A stretch of 64,000 nucleotides of DNA from Fibrobacterales bacterium (GTDB taxonomy: Bacteria > Fibrobacterota > Fibrobacteria > Fibrobacterales > JAOPTW01). The stretch lies in NCBI GenBank assembly GCA_051532055.1, contig JAOPTX010000023.1, forward strand, positions 32,001 through 96,000, written 5' to 3'. How positions within the stretch are numbered: position 1 is the stretch's first letter; the number at the start of each line of letters is the position of its first letter. The notes below the pieces were generated by a model that was given only the letters and a program-made list of their open reading frames with translations, made no database searches and was not told the origin of the DNA. Shown here one piece after another: positions 58,588-64,000 of the stretch. A program made the translations under genes and the position numbers.

Positions 58588-59348
58588 GCATTAATCCTGC
58601 TGACGAGGCGGCCCCTTAATTTGATCATTGCTTTTGAATGAATTTGTGAAACACGAGATTCAGTAATGCCGAGTACTTGACCTATCTCTTTAAGAGTCAG
58701 TTCTTCGTAGTGATAGAGAGCAACAACGAGTTTCTCTTTCTCAGGCAGGGTACCAATAGTATCTTTTAAAATCCGTTTAACTTCTTGATAACCCAGTTGT
58801 TTCAATGGGTCAGCACCATCGGGGTCTTCTATGGTATCAATAACAGAAAGTGATTTGGAATCACCACCTCTATCTGGTAATGAATCTTCTAACGAGATAA
58901 TTGTTGCTGGTGCAACTTCACTTAACATCCCTTCAAATTCACCCATCGATACACCAAGCTCTGCAGCTACTTCATCATCATAGGGCATCCTACCAAACTT
59001 ATGCTCTAACTTCGCATAGACATTCTGTAGCTTTTTAGATTTTTGTCGAATAGATCGAGGAACCCAGTCTAGGGCACGAAGCTCATCGAGAATAGCTCCT
59101 CTAATTTTATGTGTTGCAAAGGTTTCAAATTTAAAACCAAGACTGAGATCAAAAGTTTCAACTGCCTTAATGAGCCCCACAATTCCAGAACCATAGAGGT
59201 CACCAATCTCTACTGATTTGGGTAAATTAATGGCAATCCGTTGTGCGGTATATTTTACCAACGAAGTATACTCGGCCAGCAACTTATCTTTTGCGGTCTT
59301 TTTACCTTGTTCTTTATACTCTTTCCAAAGCGCGTCTAAATCCGGCAC
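58584..59348 (-). CDS. fliA: flagellar sigma factor FliA/WhiG (sigma-28)
   Basis: FETFA..IRGAILDELR..DWVPRS, EELTLKEIG.VLGITESRVSQIH. Confidence 0.95.
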   Translation of the reverse strand: MPDLDALWKEYKEQGKKTAKDKLLAEYTSLVKYTAQRIAINLPKSVEIGDLYGSGIVGLIKAVETFDLSLGFKFETFATHKIRGAILDELRALDWVPRSIRQKSKKLQNVYAKLEHKFGRMPYDDEVAAELGVSMGEFEGMLSEVAPATIISLEDSLPDRGGDSKSLSVIDTIEDPDGADPLKQLGYQEVKRILKDTIGTLPEKEKLVVALYHYEELTLKEIGQVLGITESRVSQIHSKAMIKLRGRLVSRINA

Positions 59349-59476
59349 ACAGTTCCTTTAACGTTTACCTAAAGGTCAATTCCTATCTCTTCAAGTAGCT
59401 TTCTATAGTTTAATAAATACTTAATTCTATCATACAATTCACTAATTTTGTATAACTAAATCAATTAAAATGGCTT

Positions 59477-59824
59477 TTAGCCTTTCTTTTTGAAGTCTTC
59501 TTTTCCTTTAAATTGTCTTTGCCACTGTCGCTCTTCAGGTGTATCCTGAGTCACATGAAAGGTCATTTCACCTTCAAACCGGTCTACACTTTCGCTCTTA
59601 GCAGAATGAATCATGGATTTAACCAGCGTATCTGATATTATTAAGAAGAGTATCCAAAATACTCCACATACTACCAACGATTTAGCCAAATCAAATAGTA
59701 GATCATTCAAAGTAATCGTATCTCGAATGAAGAGAGATATCCCAAAAACACCCCAAAAAACCAGTATTACTAATGTTTTTGTTATTGCACGAGTCAAACC
59801 CTGGCTATCTAATCTATTTTTCAT
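59477..59824 (-). CDS. two-TM hypothetical protein in the flagellar operon
   Basis: ATG 59824 overlaps the flhG stop (ATGA); two hydrophobic helices. Confidence 0.7.
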   Translation of the reverse strand: MKNRLDSQGLTRAITKTLVILVFWGVFGISLFIRDTITLNDLLFDLAKSLVVCGVFWILFLIISDTLVKSMIHSAKSESVDRFEGEMTFHVTQDTPEERQWQRQFKGKEDFKKKG

Positions 59825-60633
59825 ACAAATACCTTTGATATTTGCCGTGATACAGCTCGAACACATTTAATATATTCACATTGTGGATAGAGCTCAATAA
59901 CTGGTGTCTGCTGTAATATTGCATTAGGAACCAATGAATCAAAAGGGAGGTACCCAAGATATTCAGGCCTAATTCCGAGAAACTGTTCCGAAACTTGTGC
60001 TAAATTCTCATATACCTTTTGTGGATCTTCACCATCCATAACCGAATTCACCACTACGGAAACTTTTTGATAGGGGTTCCATTTCCGAATCGTTTTTAGC
60101 GTACCATACGCATCTGCAAGAGAAGTTAATTCTTTATTCAGTACCAACACCACAAGGTCTACGGTCGTTGTGAATGCAATAGTCGGCTCACTTAATCCTG
60201 CACCCACATCAATGACCATACATTCATATTGATTTCCCAAAGTGTGAAGTGAGCGAATAATACGCTGCATAGCATCACTTTGCACCCAATTAATCGAAGA
60301 TACTCCCGAAAAACCATGAATAAAATCAAGGCCGAAAACATTTCGCTCAATGATATCTGAAAAATCGAGTGAACCTTCAACAAACATGCCCCAATGGGCA
60401 GAGGGGGTAACCCCCATCATAATGTTAAGATCAGCCAACCCTGGATCACCGTCTAAAAGAAGTGTCTTACTTTGTTTCGCAAGTGCTATAGCCAAGTTGA
60501 GAGAAAAGGTACTTTTACCCACTCCCCCTTTCCCACTCGCAATTGCAATTTTATAACAGCTATCTGAAAGAAATGAATCTCTGAGATCGATAAGGCCCTG
60601 ATAGTAGCCCATTTGTGTTTGCAATTTATCCAT
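59821..60633 (-). CDS. flhG: MinD/ParA-family flagellar number regulator
   Basis: SGKGGVGKS deviant Walker A, DVGAG, DAYG.LK; follows flhF. Confidence 0.88.
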   Translation of the reverse strand: MDKLQTQMGYYQGLIDLRDSFLSDSCYKIAIASGKGGVGKSTFSLNLAIALAKQSKTLLLDGDPGLADLNIMMGVTPSAHWGMFVEGSLDFSDIIERNVFGLDFIHGFSGVSSINWVQSDAMQRIIRSLHTLGNQYECMVIDVGAGLSEPTIAFTTTVDLVVLVLNKELTSLADAYGTLKTIRKWNPYQKVSVVVNSVMDGEDPQKVYENLAQVSEQFLGIRPEYLGYLPFDSLVPNAILQQTPVIELYPQCEYIKCVRAVSRQISKVFV

Positions 60634-61853
60634 TACATTCCCTCAAACATTATCTCAGAAAAAGACTCTGCCTCTGCGATCATTATATCGTCAGGTATTT
60701 TTTGTCCAAAAGTTAAGTATGAAACCGGAAGCCCATTTTTAATCATCACATTAACAAGAGAAGCATGGCTACTCGTTTCATCAAGTTTTGTGAAAAGGAC
60801 CCTGGACACCCCTAAAGATTTGAAAGATTCAAAAATATGTTGCATATCATCCACCTTAACATTTGCAGCCAATACAAGATGAATTTCATCGGGAACGGCA
60901 ATATCAATAATTTGACGAAGCTCTGTCAGATGCTCGCTACTGGTTTGGGACCTTCCTGCAGAATCAATTAAGACCACATCTTTATCTTTGAAATTATCAA
61001 GAGCTTTATCAATATCACTCAATTCAAATATCGCTTCAAAATCAACACTCGATGCACTTGCAAGAGTACTCATCTGTTCGATTGCACCAATTCGATAACA
61101 ATCAGTTGAGATAATTCCTACCTCTTTATTACCTTGAAGAATTAACTGCCCTGCAAGCTTTGCAATGGTCGTTGTTTTACCAACACCAGTTGAACCAACA
61201 AACATTATTATAGATGCTCTATTTTCTCTAAAAGTTATAGGGCCCGCAACAGGAAGTTTATCAGCAACAATTTTTTTGCTACTGTACCGTACAAATTTTT
61301 CATTGCGTTCATCAGGAGCGCTTGCTATAGTGAGCTCTGCCACTACTTCATTTATAAAATCAGGAAGCACCCCCTTTTTAAGGAGCTCATGATAAATCAA
61401 TTTAAAATCTTCTGGTACCGACTTTATTACTTCGCTTGATCGATTCAGTACACCCTTCTTTAGGTTTTGAATTTCACGCTTAATTTCTGCAATTTCTTTA
61501 TTTGGCTCAAGTACAACGTCACGAATTGCCCCGATTTCATGTTTAATAGCCTGTAACAGATCATTGTGAGCTTGTTTATCAGTATCACTTTCAGCTTCAA
61601 GTACCGCAGATCTACTTTGACCAATAGATCGAGGAGAGTATGCTTGTGCAGGCATCGCGTGCCCCACTACTTCTCCCGGTTTTACAAATGCTTTTTCATC
61701 AAGGGCTGCAGTTACTTCCACCTCACTCTCTTTGCCCATCAGTCCTTTCTTTAAATTTTCGGTCTTTAATATAACCGCCTGGGGACCCAGTTCTTCCTTA
61801 ACCCGTTCAAGGGCTTCACGTACTGTAGCAGCTCTAAACTTTTTCATTTTCAT
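60633..61853 (-). CDS. flhF: flagellar SRP-type GTPase
   Basis: VKEELG..AVIL N-terminus; GSTGVGKTTT, D.YRIGA, DSAGRS, TKLDET, GQ.IPDDI. Confidence 0.95.
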   Translation of the reverse strand: MKMKKFRAATVREALERVKEELGPQAVILKTENLKKGLMGKESEVEVTAALDEKAFVKPGEVVGHAMPAQAYSPRSIGQSRSAVLEAESDTDKQAHNDLLQAIKHEIGAIRDVVLEPNKEIAEIKREIQNLKKGVLNRSSEVIKSVPEDFKLIYHELLKKGVLPDFINEVVAELTIASAPDERNEKFVRYSSKKIVADKLPVAGPITFRENRASIIMFVGSTGVGKTTTIAKLAGQLILQGNKEVGIISTDCYRIGAIEQMSTLASASSVDFEAIFELSDIDKALDNFKDKDVVLIDSAGRSQTSSEHLTELRQIIDIAVPDEIHLVLAANVKVDDMQHIFESFKSLGVSRVLFTKLDETSSHASLVNVMIKNGLPVSYLTFGQKIPDDIMIAEAESFSEIMFEGM

Positions 61854-63930
61854 GGATCGATATGGTTCCTGTAGATTTAATATTTATACCAGTCACAATT
61901 TCACTATACGCCAAAACCGAAAGATTGGGGTAACTTCCTTCAAGAAGCATTTTCATGGGAAACCGTATATTAGGCGAGCAAACTAGTATTTGCTGTTCGT
62001 TAAGAGCGAGCAATCGCTCACAAATTGGTGCCGTTGCATCGAGAATCTTACCAACAACATCAGGCCTTAACACTAAACGAGGCCCCTTTTCTGTTTTCTG
62101 TACTGATGCCTCTAATAATTGTTCCAACTGAGGATCTAATGTAATAACGGGTATGACTCCATCAGGCGTATTGAAACCCATACAGATTTGCCGTGACAAC
62201 CCAGCTCGACACTCTTCAGTTAGGTAGGTTGTCTCCTTTGACATTTTAGCACTATCAGACAATATCTCAAGTATAGCAGAGAGGTTCCGTATTGAGACCT
62301 TTTCACTCAATAAATGGGTCAGTACTGTTTGTAATTCACCAAACCCAAGAAGACCAGGTATAAGCTCATCAACAACAGCAGAGTTATCTTGTTTCACCGT
62401 ATCAACCAATGCTTTCACATCCTGACGCGTCAAAATATCAGCAGCATTACCTTTTATAACTTCAGTAATATGAGTTGCAAGAACTGCAGGCAACTCTACT
62501 ACGGTATATCCCGACAATTCAGCCGTCTCTTTCTGCGATTCTGTTATCCAAAGAGCTGGGAGCCCAAAAGCGGGTTCAACGGTCTCGATTCCTGAAATCT
62601 GTTGAGATACTTCTCCTGGATTCATAGCAAGGTAAGAACCCATCATGAGGTTGCCCGATCCCACTTCAAGTCCTTTTACCTTAACTATGTAATCATTCGG
62701 TTGAAGCTGAATATTATCTCGAATTCGAATAGGAGGCACAATAATACCCAGTTCTGTAGCACATTGCCTTCTGAGCATAGTGATCCGTTCGAGTAAATCC
62801 CCACCTTGGTTTGTATCAACTAGTGGTATAAGGCCATAGCCAATTTCCAACTCCATTTGATCAATTTTTAAATAATCTTCAATGCGTTCTTCGGCACTCT
62901 CGGCACCACTTTCTCCTTGAGAAAGTTCCTCTTCACTTTGAGTCTCCTCTTCTTTTTTCTTTGAATCAGCTGTAGCTATTTTATATGCACCAAATGCCAG
63001 CATTATAGCAAGTGATGTAAATGGTATGATAGGCATTCCTGGTACAAGCCCAAGAAACATCATGACACCTGCTGAGGCAAAAAGTGCCTTAGTACTTTGA
63101 GAAAATTGCGCAATCAGCTCTTGCCCAAGGTTACCTGATGAAGCCGCACGAGTCACAATAATACCTGCACCAGTCGAAATCATCAATGAAGGCACCTGTG
63201 AAACCAATCCATCACCAATGGTTAACTTAGTATAAGTCTCAAGTGCAGTAAAGAAGTCCATACCTTGCATCGCCATGCCTGTTGCAAAACCACCAATAAT
63301 ATTAACCACCGTAATAACCAAACCTGCAGTCGCATCACCTTTAACAAATTTACTCGCACCATCCATTGCGCCATAAAAGTCAGCTTCGCGAGATATATCT
63401 TTCCGTTTCTGCTTCGCTTCATCTTCGGTTAAAATTCCCGCATTTAGATCGGCATCAACCGCCATCTGTTTACCCGGCATCGCATCAAGAGTAAAGCGAG
63501 CAGCAACCTCAGCGATTCTACCAGAACCTTTGGTAATGACTATCAACTGTACCATGACTATGATGATAAAGATAATAACCCCTACAACGATATTATTACC
63601 CGTTACAAAATTACTAAATGAGTTAATCACTTCACCCGCCTCACCATCTGCAAGAATCATACGGGTTGTAGAAATATTCATCGCTATTCGAAAGAGAGTT
63701 AACACCAGTAGCAAGCCGGGAAATACCGAAAAATCTAAGACATTATCGAGATACATAGAGATAATGAGAACAACAAGAGCAAGGGATATCATAAGTGAGA
63801 GCAAAATATCTATCAGCCAGGTCGGTATTGGAACCACCATCATTACAATAACACCAACAATAGAGATGATAATAAGTACATCTTTATGTTTTGCTAATGC
63901 GCCTAGATTTATGCCATCTTTTATGCTCAT
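61834..63930 (-). CDS. flhA: flagellar export apparatus protein
   Basis: RIAEVAARFTLDAMPGKQMAVDADL, FYGAMDGASKFVKGDA, LTIGDGLVSQ, IRIRDN. Confidence 0.97.
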   Translation of the reverse strand: MSIKDGINLGALAKHKDVLIIISIVGVIVMMVVPIPTWLIDILLSLMISLALVVLIISMYLDNVLDFSVFPGLLLVLTLFRIAMNISTTRMILADGEAGEVINSFSNFVTGNNIVVGVIIFIIIVMVQLIVITKGSGRIAEVAARFTLDAMPGKQMAVDADLNAGILTEDEAKQKRKDISREADFYGAMDGASKFVKGDATAGLVITVVNIIGGFATGMAMQGMDFFTALETYTKLTIGDGLVSQVPSLMISTGAGIIVTRAASSGNLGQELIAQFSQSTKALFASAGVMMFLGLVPGMPIIPFTSLAIMLAFGAYKIATADSKKKEEETQSEEELSQGESGAESAEERIEDYLKIDQMELEIGYGLIPLVDTNQGGDLLERITMLRRQCATELGIIVPPIRIRDNIQLQPNDYIVKVKGLEVGSGNLMMGSYLAMNPGEVSQQISGIETVEPAFGLPALWITESQKETAELSGYTVVELPAVLATHITEVIKGNAADILTRQDVKALVDTVKQDNSAVVDELIPGLLGFGELQTVLTHLLSEKVSIRNLSAILEILSDSAKMSKETTYLTEECRAGLSRQICMGFNTPDGVIPVITLDPQLEQLLEASVQKTEKGPRLVLRPDVVGKILDATAPICERLLALNEQQILVCSPNIRFPMKMLLEGSYPNLSVLAYSEIVTGINIKSTGTISIHENEKV

Positions 63931-64000
63931 CTGCTACTCTATTGATTTCTCGCAATTACAGAGGGTCGATTAAACCCTCTATTTCGCAAGACTTCAATTC

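Noticed and set aside
1..64000. CRISPR arrays, tRNA/rRNA, transposases, integrases, prophage or defence islands
   Set aside because: No regularly spaced repeats, RNA-gene signatures or matching protein motifs were seen by eye; short ncRNAs could have been missed

Overview
An AT-rich chromosomal segment of a flagellated diderm bacterium, probably a facultative or strict anaerobe. A Fibrobacterota/FCB-like origin is only an impression (Bacteroidetes-type PurF, Ser-rich lipoprotein linker). It carries housekeeping genes (purF, coaE, polA, clpS, murD, rarA, lepB, dapF) and the end of a flagellar cluster (flhA-flhF-flhG-fliA). Accessory modules: (1) A carboxylate-uptake locus: DUF3360 and DUF485-actP, divergent from an unusual membrane receptor with architecture His-rich DUF6915-like domain/TM/Cache/TM/PAS/DUF294 nucleotidyltransferase. 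The two transporter promoter regions share an identical 16-bp operator-like sequence. This is the best candidate for an undescribed signalling system. (2) An octaheme Otr operon with a heptaheme-cytochrome b fusion and a split YeeE/YedE pair ending in GGGCG. (3) feoAB with a perfect FNR box and three copies of a Fur-like palindrome. (4) An FNR-box-preceded MFS-pflB-pflA operon with an unannotated small membrane ORF. Also seen: an exonuclease-DinG fusion with degenerate helicase motifs, structured intergenic repeats and probable leaderless genes. No rRNA, tRNA, CRISPR array, transposase or prophage was recognised. All family assignments are by motif recognition, not database search.
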